From Malacoraja senta (taxonomy: Eukaryota), in assembly GCA_038087875.1 (NCBI GenBank), contig CM075985.1, positions 11,780,001 to 11,844,000 on the forward strand: 64,000 bases of DNA. The letters run 5' to 3'. The position numbers and the translations under genes were made by a program. Positions 23,301 to 36,152 of this stretch are shown in pieces. The notes under the pieces are model-generated. The model searched no databases. It was not told the DNA's origin and saw nothing but the letters and a program-made list of their open reading frames with translations. Numbering within the stretch: position 1 is the stretch's first letter; every line of letters begins with the position of its first letter.

Positions 23301-26300
23301 TCCCCGTCACAGGGTGAACCAGCAGATTTCTGCTTTTGGGGACAGCCATAAAAGGCTGTGTAATCATACCCAGGACGAGTGGGAACTAATGCTGTGTAGG
23401 CCAGTCTGGTACTACTAAAATGCCAGAGGCGGAGTCTTGCTTGATCTTAGCCAAGCATCGACTGATGAGGCAAAATGGGGGAAAGGCATACAAGAACTTT
23501 CCACCCCAGTGTAGCGAGAATGCATCTACTGCCACTGCCCCTGGGTCTGGTTCCCATGAAACATATTTTGGTAACTGGTGATTTAGTCTGGATGCAAACA
23601 AATCGATTTCCGGTACGCCATACCGAGCGACAATGTCATTAAACACTTCATGATTCAACATCCATTCTGTGTTGTCATTGAATTTCCGTGACCTGGTGTC
23701 CGTCACCATGTTATATCTACCTGGTAAGTAGATAGCTGAAACCCAGATGTTTCTCCTAATCCACCAGTGCCAAATAAGGTTAGACAATTTATCACAGGAT
23801 ACAGACTTAATTCCACCCATGTGATTAATGTATGCCACAATGTAGTGTTGTCAATCTGAAGTTGAACATGCACATGATGCAAATTGCCACAATAAGCCTT
23901 CAGCCCACAGAGTGCTCCCAACAACTCTAAGTAGTTAATACCATGTGACTGAAGAATTAATGATTTCTGCATATTCCATCTGCCACCGCAGCTTGAGACG
24001 GTGTTGGTAGCACCCCATCCTAGAGCACTTGCATCAGTATGTAGGATAACTGGTGGTGTATCGACTAAAATTGTACTGGAGCAATGTCGAATATTGGTCA
24101 CCCACCATTGTAACTCAGCAAAGGCTTCAGCTGGCAACCGCATAGGTCTACCGAAGTGACCTTTATGAAGTTCGAGTGCCTGCTGCTTATCACATTGTAA
24201 GTTTTGATAGTGCAAAGGCCCGAACTGTGCAGCTGGGAAAGCAGCCACTAATTTGCCAATTATACTAGCCACTTGTCTAATAGAAGGTTGGTCCTTAACA
24301 ATGAGATGGTTACAGGCTTCAATTAATTCTAATTGCTTGCCCCAAGGCAGAGTCACTGACATGTGAATTTAGTTAATGGTGAATCCCAAATAATCAATTA
24401 CTCTAGATGGTATCAATTTGGATTTAACTGGATGGATGAGGAACCCCAATCTCTCAAACATGAGTTTAGTAGCTGACACAGATAATTCAGCTAATTCCAT
24501 AGTTTTCCCTATTAGGATGTCATCCAAGTATGCCATCACAATATGATTCTGAGCCCGGAGTAGCCCCAGAACTGGTTTTAGAAATTTAGTGAATAATCTG
24601 GGGCCTGAGGTTAACCCATTAGGCAATGATTTAAACTGCCACAGTTGCCCCATCCAGCTAAACTTCAAATATCTCCAGTGATCCCCATGAATGGGCACCA
24701 AATTGTATGCATCTTTGAGGTCGATGCATGCCATATAACATCCCTTGGAAACCAGTTGTTTGGCCAGTAACAAAGTTTTCCATTTTGAAGTGTTTATACT
24801 GCACAAAGGTGTTAAACTCAGTCAAGTCAAGGATGATTCGGCATCCTCCATCCTTCTTTTGGTTAGTAAATATATTGGACACAAATTAGTGAGACTCATG
24901 ACACAACATCTCAATTACCCCTTTTTTGTGTAATGATTCTATTTCAGCTTGCGCATCCGCACACTCCTGTTGGGAAAGAACAAATGTGCGGTTCGGTGTA
25001 TGCTGTGTGGGTGGAAGCGAATTGAGAAGGAACTCAATTTGGAAACCTTGTATACTGTGCAGTATAAATGGATCTGATGTTATCCAATGCCATTCATTCA
25101 AGAAACATTGTAATCTCCCCCCAACTTGTAACTGATCCATAAACAAAGTGTTCCGCAAATAACCAGACTCACCTACCTCAATAGTTACTGGTGGTATGGT
25201 GTTTGTTTCCGCCCCCGAGGTTTGGGGGGTAGGACTGTTGGAGGGCGCCATCCGCGCATCTTGAACGTGGGCCGGCTAGGGCCTTGCCCTAAAAAAGGCC
25301 TCTGAGCCTGTTGTTCGGGCTTCCCACCATATTTGGCGAACCATCTGGTGTTGGGAGGAGCGTAGGGGTGCTGCCTCCGGAAAGATGAAGTCTTGGAAGA
25401 TGTTGGAACCTTCATAAGCCCGACCGTTTTAGCTTAATCATCCAGCTCCCTGACCTGCTTCGGCAGATCTTCGCCGAACAGGAGGGTCGGTGGTTGCCTT
25501 TGGAGCATATCATTTTGGAGCAACCTCTCCATCAGGTGCTCCATGTGGGTTAGTTGCCCATAGATGCTACCCATTGAAGGAGGGGAACCCTCCTGGCCCG
25601 ACTCGTCCGAGTCCACGGGCCTAACAGACTTCTTGGTGGCTTTCCGCCCCAGCGGGGTAGCCAAGGTGCTTTCAATCGGCACCAAGTCTGGAGCCGCTGG
25701 CTCCACTGCCAGCGACCCGGAAGGCGAAATCGGCGGCCGCCCGCTACCCGCAGTCCCACGGTCTTCTGTAGCCGGTTTCCCCGCGGCCCGCCTCTTCACT
25801 GTAGACATAGTCTCCACACGGTTCAAAACTTTCTGTAAGTAGAGTTAACGAACCGGGAGCAATGACCTCAGAGAGAGTTTAAGCACTTACCTGAGAATTT
25901 TAAACTTACTGCTGGAAGGAGCGACGCGCCCGCCAGTCAGTCATTGCGCAATGCGCTAGACGTAATGACGCGCATGCGGGCTGACGGCCTTCTTCACGTA
26001 GTCACTCACGTGTCTCCGAAGTAAAACAAGGTGTACAGAGTTGCTTATTGGTTACAATCTGAGGAGTATGATGATGCTACTGATTATGATATGCCAATGT
26101 ACAAGCTAGCAACTGATCTTCTCCATAAAGACTTGGTCTATTGCTAGAAATTTTAATTTATTTACCTATCTGTTATGGACTTACAGCATATTATACAATA
26201 ATATTAAAGTTCTGATCTTGAGAATATCACATTCAACCCTACAAATCCTTCACAGTGAGATCGGCCCCAGGTTGGTCACCCCTCAATCTTCCCTCTTGTG

Positions 26301-29300
26301 GAGAACAAGCCTCAGCCTGTTGGATCTTCACTGCCGCTCTGTTTTGTGATCTGTTCACTGCTCCACTGCCTCGCAGTCTTTTATCAAACAGTGACATAGA
26401 ACGGTTCACAGTGCAGCATGTCCACTCCAACCAGGATATACAGAGGTTGAGCTTAATGTTTACACGTTTAATTTTAATTCAATTGAAATGAATCTCAGGA
26501 CATTACTTTCACTTTCCTGTCTGTGTTCAGTTCTTTCTTTATGTACCATGTCACACTGTACCTTCCTCTAACTCCAGTGTTACCCCCTTGTACATTTCTC
26601 CTGCACAGTTACACTTGGTGTCTGTTCCCCTGATGCCTGCATTATATCCCATATATCCTCCTCTCACTGCAGGAGTGCAGTTCTGCAAAGCACAGGACCC
26701 ATGGGGTTGGTTCACTCCCTCTTTGCAACAGCAGGTCTGTTGATACCGTGTCTGAAATTAACTTCCAGTAAAATATCATCTCACAAACTGTTTCTGATCT
26801 CATTGCCTCTTGTGATCCTCCCTCCACAGCCTGCAATCTTCTCATTCCCCAGCCTCGTACTGCCTGTAGTAGCCATTAAGCTCAACTCGGTATGTTATAA
26901 CTATAACCAGTTACCTTTAAATTTTGTCTGCCTGTAATTACATGGATGGGATTTATTACATAGCCGTAATAAATTATTATATACGGATTTATTACATTTT
27001 AGTTTGTAGGACGCATGGGGGTGCAGGCACAGCTTTCAACCATGCACGAGTTCCACATTGCACGAGTTTGACTACAAGTAAGATCAAAATGTACTTAAAC
27101 AAGAAGTTTGGATGAATATTTTACTGTTTTTACTACGACAATAAAGACTATATTAATCAAGAGGCTGTGTTTTGAAGATTTATCTTTGGACGGCTTTGAA
27201 TGTCTCATGGAGAGCTCTCATGCATATCAAAATTATCTCCTTACCCCTGTCTACAATCATAGTGGCTAGAGGAAAGATTCCTTGAACGATGTAATAATCT
27301 GCCAATACACTGCCTGCTTCTATCTCCCCCCCAATATCCACAAACAGGTTTACCCCCGCAGACCTATCATCTCTGCCAGCTTCACCCAACTGAACTCCTC
27401 TCCACACTACTTTGATTCCATCCTATCCTCCCTTGTCCATTCTCTGCCCACCTACGTCCAACACACCTCACACGCCCCTCAATTCTTTAATGACTTTCAA
27501 TTTCCAGGCCTCCATTGCCTCATCTTCATGATGGACATCCAGTCCCTCTACACTCCACTGCCCCCACCAGGAAGGTATCAAGGCCTTCCGTTTCTTCCAC
27601 CAACAGAGACCCGATCAAGCATAACTTGGGTTAAACAAAAACATTACATTTTTTTAATGATTATCCCAGCTGAAAGTGGATTTATTACAATAAATATACA
27701 TTAAATTACATTGCAAAGAGAGTTGGGGGGGGGGGTGCGGAGGCAGGACAAACTCTGCAAGTGATAGGTGGGTACAATTGAGAGGGGGGGATTTGATGTA
27801 CAAATAATTGGGAAAAGGTCAGAGGCGAAAAGGCAATATCAGGAAATATCACTTACAACTTGTCGAGGACCAGCCATATCGAAGCAATGGCCAAGAAAGC
27901 ACACCAACATCTTTACTTCCTTAGAAAGCTAAGGAAGTTAGGCATGTCCCCAACAACTCTCATCAACCTCTACAGATGTGCCATAGAAAGCATTTCATAG
28001 GGATGCATCATAGGATGGTTTGGGAACTACTCCATCCAGGACCGCGAGAAATTGCAAAGAATTGTTGACGCAGCCCAGACCATCACACAAACCAACCTTC
28101 CTTCCATTGACTCCATCTACACTGCCTCAGCAAGGCAACCAACATAACCAAGGATGAGTCTCCCCCCGGACACTCCCTCTTCTCCCCTCTCCCATCAGGC
28201 AAACAGTACAGAAGTGCGAAAACGCACACCTCCAGTTTCAGGGACAGCTTTTTCCCAGCTGGTATTGGGCAACTGAATCATTCTATCACCAACTAGAGAG
28301 TGTTCATTATATACCATCTACCTCATTAGAGACATTTGGTTTATCTTTAGTCGAACTTTTCTGGACTTTCTTCTACTAAATGTTATTCCCTTTATCCTGT
28401 ATCTGTATACTGTGGTTGTCTTGATTGTAATCATGCGTAGTCTTTCCACTGACTAGATAGCACGCACCAAAAGTGCTTTTCGCTGAAGATAGACACAAAA
28501 AGCTGGAGTACCTCAGCGGATCAAGCAGCATTTCTGGAGAAAAGCAATACCTGGTTTCGGGTTGAGACCCTGCTGCCTGATCAACTGAGTTACTCCATGT
28601 TTTTGAGTTCTTCGGTTTCAACCAGCATCTGCAGTTTCTTCCTACATATTTTGAATGCTTTTCACTGTACCTCGGTACACATGGTAATAAACTAAACTAT
28701 TTACACTCTTCTCCACCTGATGGAACTTGTCCTCACCCTCAACAACTTCTCTTTTGACTACTCTCACTTTATCCAAGTGAAAGGTGTAGCCATGGACACT
28801 CCCATGGTTCACTCACATCTTCTCACTCAACACCTGTCCCTATAACTCCCCCCTCATCTCCATCCGGGGACCCCAGCAGTCCTTCCAGGTGAGACAAAGG
28901 TTTCATGTGCACTTCTTCCGATCTCATCTACTGCATCCGGTATTCCCAATGTGGACTCTGTACATCAGTGAGACCAAGTGAAAACTTGGCAACTGTTTCA
29001 CTGAACACTTATGCTCGGTCCGCCAATTCCGTCTGTCTCTCTTGGTTGTTATCCATTTCATTTCAACTCCCTTTCCTATTCTTTCATTGACATTTGTGTC
29101 GTATGTCTGCTCCATTGCCAGAATCAGGTCACATGCAATTGGAGGAACAGCAACTCAAATTTACTTTAGGGAGCTTACAACACAAAGATATGAACACTGA
29201 ATTCCCCAATTGTAGGTTTGCTCTTTCAAACCACTCTCTCGCCCCTCCAAAACACTCCCCTCCCCATCCCCAGATTCCTCCCCAGCTCACACTTTCTGCT

Positions 29301-32300
29301 ACTTCCTTCTGGCTTTACGATCCACACTCTTCAAACCTGTTCACATTTTCTTTTCATATTTCTGGTCTTTGTTCCAATCATTTGCCTATCAAACCCCACC
29401 CCCCTCCACCAAAAGCAATGGCCAGGTCTATGTCAACCTATTACCTGCCATGATTTGTTCTGCCTTTCCACTTTTCCAGCTTTCATCACCCCCCTTCAAT
29501 CAATCTGAAAATCAGTTTTGACCCCAAACTTCACCAATCTATGTTCTCTCAAAGTGCTGACGCGTTGAGTTATTCAGCACTATGTGTCCTTTCGCGTATG
29601 CAGTTCACTCTTTCTACATTTCTGTCATAGTTACACTTACCGGTATTTAAAAATAGCACACAGTCTTCATGGCCATCTTGATTGTCGGGTTGTGTGCTAT
29701 TCCACTGTCGGTATCCGGATGAAGTTCCATCGACCCATCTGTAAGTCCCTTCCTGTGGTTATAAATCATTGCTCATTGCTGTTGGAATGCTGAGTAAGCT
29801 GCCACTTAACAGTACAGGGAGGAGCTGTACTTGAACCGGAGTGAGAGCAGAATACGAGCAGCCGGGACAAGTAGGGCAGTGGATGGGAGTTTAAACTATG
29901 GACTGGCAGGGTGCGGAAATCTCACGAAAGTAACAGAATCCTTGGGATACAAGTGACAGGTTCTGAAAGTAAAGGTCACAGATGATGACTAATGGTAAAG
30001 TGAGGGAAAAGATTGTCATTGAACACAAATACAAAGTAGGATCTCCCAGAGAAGGACAGAAGTTGAGCATAATGTTTCCGTGTTTAATTTTAATTCGTAT
30101 TGAAATGAATCTCAGGACATTCCCTTCACTTTCCTGGCTGTGTGCAATTCTTTCTTTATGTGCTGTGTCACACTGTACCTTCCACTAACTCCATTGTTAC
30201 CCCCTTGTACATTCCTCCTGCACAGTTACACTCAGTGTCTGTTCCCCTGACTCCAGCATTACATCCCATATATCCTCCTCTCACTGCTGGGCAGTCAGTC
30301 CAGTTCTGCAGAGCACAGGACCCATGGGGTTGGTTCACTCCCTCTGTGTAACAGTAGGTAACCTCCCGTTCAATAGTGTGTCTGAAATTAACTGGCAGCA
30401 TAGTAACATTTCTGTCAAAGATACATTTATGATGAGTGTACTGACCTCCAGTGTTATCCGTGTGAGTTTGCACCTTCTCCCTGTGACGTGCGGTGTTCCA
30501 GCGAGTGCTCCGGTTTATGTGAGAGGAAGTAACCTACAATTAAATGACTGAATGGATGGGGTTGATGGGATTGTACTAGGAGTTCGCATGGACTCGATGG
30601 GCTGAACGGACTTCTCTGTTGTATCAAATTATGAAACATTGAACAAAGTCTGCCATTGCTATCATGGTTTGGTCAAAATATTCTCAATGTATTGATTGGA
30701 TAGATTCTATTAATTTTTGATTGAAAAAAAACGTGATAATTTAATTGTAAGGATCGGCCTTAACTGTCTTCTGTTCAGCTTTAGAGAACTCATGCGATTG
30801 ATTTCAATTTCATTTCCCCAAATCTCTAAATTCACATTGTCACATTTCTTCACAGCTGTTCTGTGACATCGCTCTGCACACCAGCCTTGCTCCATGTCCT
30901 TTCCACATTTTGGGAATAAAAATAAATCAGTTTCAGGAGAAGGGTTAATGCGAATGCAGTAAATCGGTAATTTTTTCGTCGAAGCCGGTTGCGATGCTAG
31001 TTGAAGCTGGTTGCCGGAGGTTGCAGGTGGTTGCCAGAGGTTGCAGGTAGTGGAAGGTAAAACCACCTTCAACTAGCATCGCAACTGGCTTTGACTAAAA
31101 AATTACCGATTTTTTAAACGGCAACCTATTTTTAGTCGCGGCCAGTTTTTAATTTTTTGAAATAATCGCCGGCACATAGAAGAAGTGGAAACCCCTTTCG
31201 ACCATTAGGGAGACCAACAAAAACCTCCGGGAACCGCACAGAAACCTTGGGTGGGGCGCAAAGTCTCCAGAGGTTTCCGTTCAGGTTTCCTAAGTGGGAC
31301 AGGGGCATAACTCTATCTCTGAACTACGATGTGACACCAGAGATCCATCAATGTGTTGACTGTAACCTGCCCTCTGAAAAGGCAGCGGATGATCAGGGAA
31401 GGACAACAATGCAGGTCTGGCCAGTGTGGTGATGACCTGTAAGCTAAAGTGTCATCGTTAACTGTACCTTGCATAAGTCGTTTAGTCCAATCCAAGCGAG
31501 TGTGTCAATGTTGCTCAATGCACGAATCACACTGACAATGAATGAGCCGTGTTTCCTCGAGTTCACAGTAACCAAATTTGCATAATGTGGTTGGGCATTG
31601 CACATCACCTTTAAACAAACAAAATAGCTTATCTGTTGCAGTGAGTTTTATCCTCTCACAAGCCTCCAAATAAATCATCCAACTAGACGTTTGAAATTGG
31701 ACAACTTTGTCCACTTGAATCAGAGTTCTTGTTCTTTAATATCTCTGATGTCAACCCCAGCTCTGTGTTAACTTCTGGGTGTGGAGTTTCACCCAAATCC
31801 CCAATATTTCACCCACTGGACCGAGCGATAGAAACCCGAGCCCAGGGCTGCAGTGAAGCGCACTCTGGAACACAGGGACTCATCGCAGGCAATTCAATGA
31901 GAGGCTGTGTTGTGAGCTCATGGGAATGAACCAGCAGAGAGCAATGTTCCCCAGGCGTCCCAGAGCAACCACTGGTTTCAGGGACTTACCTCAGCATCTG
32001 ACCATGTCTTTTTGACAAGGAAAAAACGATGACAAGTTTCTAAGAAAGCAAAATAAAACCAGTTTTCAGCACACGGTCCTTTCTTTATGAAGCGTTTTTC
32101 AAGGCGATGATGTGTCTCCTCCGGTCCCAAGGAATTGGTTATCCCTGTCAGTTAAAGAGAATTTGGATTTAAACCAACTCACCGACCAAAGGGCCTTCCG
32201 CAGCGAGTCCCGTTTGTCTGCATTTAGCCCATATCCTCTCATCTTTTTTCTATCCATGTACCCGTCCAAGTGTCCTTGATACATTGTAAATGTACCTGCC

Positions 32301-34421
32301 TGTACCACTTCCTCTGGCAACCTCATTGTGAATAACATGCCCTCCCCTACACTGTGACATCTATATTCTATCAATGCACCACATGAATTTATAAACCCCT
32401 CCCTTATAACTCAAGCCCACCAGACCTGGCAACACAAATTCCTTGTGGGATCTCACCCAACACCTTATCCAGCTGTAACATGGATCCCAACACCTTTAAT
32501 CTTGGATGAGGGAAAGCGTGGCAAACACCTTCTTCTACCTTCACCTGTACCACTACTTTCACTGAGCTGTGTCATCTTATCCGAGGACTCTTTGATCTGT
32601 ATTGACCCAAGGACTCTGTTTCTTGAATAAAATTAATTTTCTACCCTCAAGACCCCACCACTGGTCACAGGCCACACACACGCCACACAGAAATAACATT
32701 ACTTTGACCACCCACTGACACACTCGCTGTGATCACAGACATAATTTATTGTGCAATCTTCTTTCCTCATCTCCCCTCCCCCATCTCTCCTCCCCCTGAT
32801 CCCCTCCCTCAGTCCAACTTCCTCAGACAAATGTGTGTCACAAACACCAGTCAATGGGTGTCATTCTCTTGTGCTTGCAACGTGATCAAGTTTGGGAATT
32901 AAATATTGGGTTAAGCTCGGAATAGGGAGAGGTGGCCCTGACAATAAATGATGGGATAAAGTCAGTGGAGAGAAAGGATCTTAGTTCAGAAAATGGAGAC
33001 ACAGCATCAGTTTGGGTTGAACTGAGAAACGGCAAAAGGCAGAAGACATTGGTTGGATTTGCCCGTGGTGAACCACCAGTGGTCTGGTAGTCTAGGGTAC
33101 ATATCAGGAATTTAGAGGCACATTTAGGAACAGTAATAACAATTATATAATGGTTTGTGATCTTCAGAAAGATCAGGCAACACAAATTAACAGTAAATAT
33201 GGAGAGACGTATGCACTGAGTAGCTTTCTAGATCATTCGTGTGAATGTGTGTGTGTGTGAATGTGTGTGAGTGATTGGTGGTGGTCTGAGGGGCCGTAGG
33301 CGCAGATTAGCAGCCACGCTTCCGTCAGTCTGCCCCAGGGCAGCTGTGGCTACAGAAGTAGCTCACCACCACCGAGTGTGACTGAGGAATGAATGAATAA
33401 TGCGATGTAAAGCGCCTTGGGTATTAGAAAGGCGCTATATAAATCCAATCCATTATTATTATTATTATTCCGTTAAGGGATTAAAAAATCTCCAGTATTG
33501 TGCAATGAGAAAAGGTTAATTAATAATGTTTTGGTTGAAGGGCCTTTGAGGTACATTGATCTTTGTCATGAGGTTTTATGTTAAAATTCCCACTGGTCTT
33601 GGACAAATCAAGACCAATGCCTTACAACTAGGGTGAGCAAGCTACAAAGCAGTGTGGCACGGGTCCACTTTGGTAGGTCAGGTGATTGGGGGAATATATT
33701 CACAGGTAAGACAGGAGAAAAGCAATGGTTGGCATAACCGAGATAGAGCCATTTAAGACACACTTAGTATTATTTAAATTATACTCAATATTTCATCAGA
33801 GTAAGATTATCTCACCGAAACAAACAAGATTGTATCCTTCTAGATTTCCAGCAACTGCAATGTTTTTTGCATTTCAAAGCATGTCAGTCTGATTATCAAA
33901 TCACTCATAACTACAACCTTTCTCTGTCTCTTTCACTCCCCACCCCCAGGACTTACTCCCCCTGTACCATTGCCAGCTCTCTGGCCATCCTCCCTCATGC
34001 CTCCATCCTCACCCTCACAGTGGGCAAGTAAACTGCATCCGTTGCAATGGACCAGTGACTGCAGAACATTTTCCTCTGCATCCCCTGGGTTCCTGACAGA
34101 GAGTCACATATCCCTCTTCCAGCAACTCTGTTTTCCTGTGAAGTGTCACTGTGGAGAAATCTCTGTCTCCTGTTGTGGAGGAGAGTCTCCAACTCACCTT
34201 CCAACTCAGCAGCTCTGAGATGTGTATCCCAGACAAGAGACATTTCCTACCACATCCCGACCAGTCCCAATGTCCACAAATTCCCATGTTCCACAGTCCC
34301 AACATAGTGCCTGTGCATTCCTCACATCAATATATTTCTAAAGCACCTGAAATCATTGAACCTTACCTGCCACATCACTGGCAAGCAGTGCGGTCAGCTC
34401 CAAAACCCATACCAGCATCAT
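20281..34421 (-). CDS. Secreted single-domain C-type lectin (group VII, REG/lithostathine/snake-venom lectin-like), 179 aa, five coding exons
   Basis: The spliced 540 nt ORF has GT-AG introns with matching phases: MMLVWVLELTALLASDVAG-ITNSLGPEETHHRLEKRFIKKGPCAENWFYFAFLETCHRFFLVKKTWSDAE-VMCNAQPHYANLVTVNSRKHGSFIVSVIRALSNIDTLAWIGLNDLCK-EGTYRWVDGTSSGYRQWNSTQPDNQDGHEDCVLFLNT-DVGKWYDAECGSGYGFVCSYNLRNQ*. It contains WIGL, QPD and all six canonical Cys. Confidence 0.95.
21462..21815 (-). mobile_element. L1 ORF2 fragment (end of endonuclease region)
   Basis: YSRIDYFL, ISDHAPL, WRLNPQIL, LLWETFKAFVRG. Confidence 0.85.
21815..26024 (-). mobile_element. DIRS1-type retrotransposon (copy C), near complete, inside lectin intron 5
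   Basis: ORF1 at 25185-25826, RT at 24369-25251 (IDLKDAY, YLDD), RNase H at 23703-24362 (TDASALGWG, INYLEL, IDNTT), methyltransferase-like domain at 23386-23838 (DLFAS, YAFPPF), YR at 22325-23367 (HSTRAAS). Both termini and the ICR are present. Confidence 0.97.
27280..29520 (+). mobile_element. Penelope-like element fragments (RT ~27280-27610; RT/GIY-YIG ~28700-29215), interrupted
   Basis: RPIISA...LPTYV...MDIQSLYT, LTLNNFSFD...KGVAM and CTSSDLIYCIR. Confidence 0.8.
27865..28330 (+). mobile_element. Rex1-like LINE 3' fragment
   Basis: AMAKKAHQHLYFLRKLRKLGMSPTTL..LYRCAIES. Similar to 44810-45085. Confidence 0.8.
29641..29752 (-). CDS. C-type lectin exon 5
   Basis: ccacag|EGTYRWVDG...QPDNQDGHEDCVLFLNT+G|gtaagt. 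Confidence 0.95.
30958..31310. mobile_element. Partial Harbinger-like MITE
   Basis: Ends AAGTGGGACAGGGGCA-TAA, the same TIR family as 7080 and 51704. Internal GGTTGC repeats. Confidence 0.6.
31468..31608 (-). CDS. C-type lectin exon 4
   Basis: tttgtttaaag|VMCNAQ...AWIGLNDLCK|gtacag. Confidence 0.95.
31990..32144 (-). CDS. C-type lectin exon 3
   Basis: ctgacag|(G)ITNSLG...GPCAENWFYF...TWSDAE|gtaagt. Confidence 0.95.
33235..33469 (+). mobile_element. L2-tailed SINE, 3' half (AFC-SINE-like)
   Basis: GTCAGTCTGCCCCAGGGCAGCTGTGGCTAC core and a TGTAAAGCGCCTTGGG...AAAGGCGCTATATAAAT(TTA)n tail. Confidence 0.65.
34367..34421 (-). CDS. C-type lectin exon 2, coding part (signal peptide); the exon starts at 34437
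   Basis: tgtttcag|gttcgaggaaggaaac-ATG, MMLVWVLELTALLASDVA+G|gtaagg. Confidence 0.9.
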
Positions 34422-34514
34422 GTTTCCTTCCTCGAACCTGAAACACAAGAAAACAATTCATCATTAGTGTCAAGTTTCACAGTGAAGGTGGGCATATCCT
34501 GCTGCCATTCCCAC

Positions 34515-34574
34515 CTCTCTCTCTCCAAGCTCTCTGTGTCGAAGAGGTTTCCAATGCTGTTGCATCCTTATATA
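34515..34574 (-). promoter_or_regulatory. Putative TATA box (34567-34574) and short non-coding exon 1 (~34545-34515) of the lectin gene
   Basis: TATATAAG lies ~30 nt upstream of a short segment ending GAG|gtggga. This matches the six-exon REG-type layout with an untranslated first exon. Confidence 0.6.
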
Positions 34575-36114
34575 CGTGTAGTTCTGGCATCTTGGAGGCT
34601 TTTGGAACCATTGGAATCAAACTCAATTGGCTGCAGCAATCTACATAAAACTCCCGCTGACTGACAGATTAGAACAAGATGAACAGGAAGCCACAGAAAT
34701 GTCTTGCGAGCTCCAGGTGTGACTGTAGAATGTTGCACTGTATCTGAACACTGAGGAATTGAAACTGTAGAAAGTATTTATGGTCCCTTTATGTGTTTAT
34801 GGTATTAGGGTTTAATGAATATTATCAACATGAACAATTAAAATGTAACATCAGGCAAATACTTCAAAAACAACATTATTGACCCAGAACACCTCACTCA
34901 CTCCTCTACTCACTCTGGTCTGTTTCTTCTCCATTTTCCATCACAGTGGAAGATTCCCCTCCATCACTGACTCGGGAAAGTTTGTAATCCATTTGCAAGG
35001 AACTGGTTCAATTTAGCATCTTGGCCACTCTTCCACAAGGAGTTGGAGTGAAGTCTGCTCAGAAGGAGCATGGAAGGATGGGGTGATAATGGACTGCTTG
35101 ATGCTTGTTGCATTTCCAGGCACAGCTGAGGGAGATCTCTGCAGGAACATGATGTGGGAAGGAATCCACAGGATCTCCAGTGGGGTGGGAATTTCTTTCT
35201 CTGGATTTTCTCTTGTTCCCCAAACACTTCACACTCTAAAGGCTTAGCAAGTGGTCTCTTGGACCCATTGTACTTTCAGCTCCATCGTCAACCTCTGGTA
35301 GAATCATAGAATAATACAATGATACTGCACAGAAGGAGGCCATTTGCCCTGCAACCACACGAGATGTAACACCTGTCCCTAAACTTCCTAACTCAGTTCC
35401 ATCCCGGAACTTCAGCAACCCTTCCAGGTAAAACAGAGATTAATATTCTTGTCCTACAATCTTGTCAATTGCATTTGGTGCTCATGATGTGGCCTCCTGT
35501 ACATCAGCAAGATAAGGATAGACCAGCTGACTGTCTCAGCCAATCACACACTCCGTCTGCCATGGACTGGTGGCCAACCATTTGAATACCACTTCTCATT
35601 CATATACCAACATTTCTGTCCTTCGCCTCTTACAAACCCAATTACATGAACATTTAATTATCCAATCTTCAAGTAATACCCACCTCCCCATCCTCACCCC
35701 CTCTTTCCTATGTCCCTCTCACACTAATGTTTCTACAGTTCTCCCTCCATCTCGCACCATTTTGCTCCTTTCCCCTCCCATCCCTCCTGTGTGCTGCTCT
35801 CCCATCCCCAAGTCCCATATTTCTTTTATCATCTCTTTCCTCTCCCCCTTGTCCTCTTCCACCATATCCCTCCCTCTGTCTTTACATTTCACTCTTCTGT
35901 TCTTTCTTTATCTGAGACCATCGGCCAATCACACCCTATCACCTGCCAGACATTTCCCCATGTCCATCTCGATTTTCCAGCTTTCTCCCCCGATTACAAT
36001 CAGTCTGCACACGGGTCCCATCCCAAACGTTGTCTGTCTATTTCCTCCACAGGTGTTGCCCGAGATTCTCCTTGTTCAAGTTCAAAAGGTAAATGTGTAT
36101 AAAATGTGGGGCTG

Positions 36115-36152
<38 letters not shown>

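Noticed and set aside
23386-23838. Adenine methyltransferase-like ORF as bacterial or phage gene transfer
   Set aside because: It is a known standard domain of DIRS1 pol.
26995-27080. Alternative last exon for the lectin
   Set aside because: An acceptor-like cttgtag exists, but the in-phase translation lacks the W-x-D and Cys motifs. 20281-20357 fits fully.
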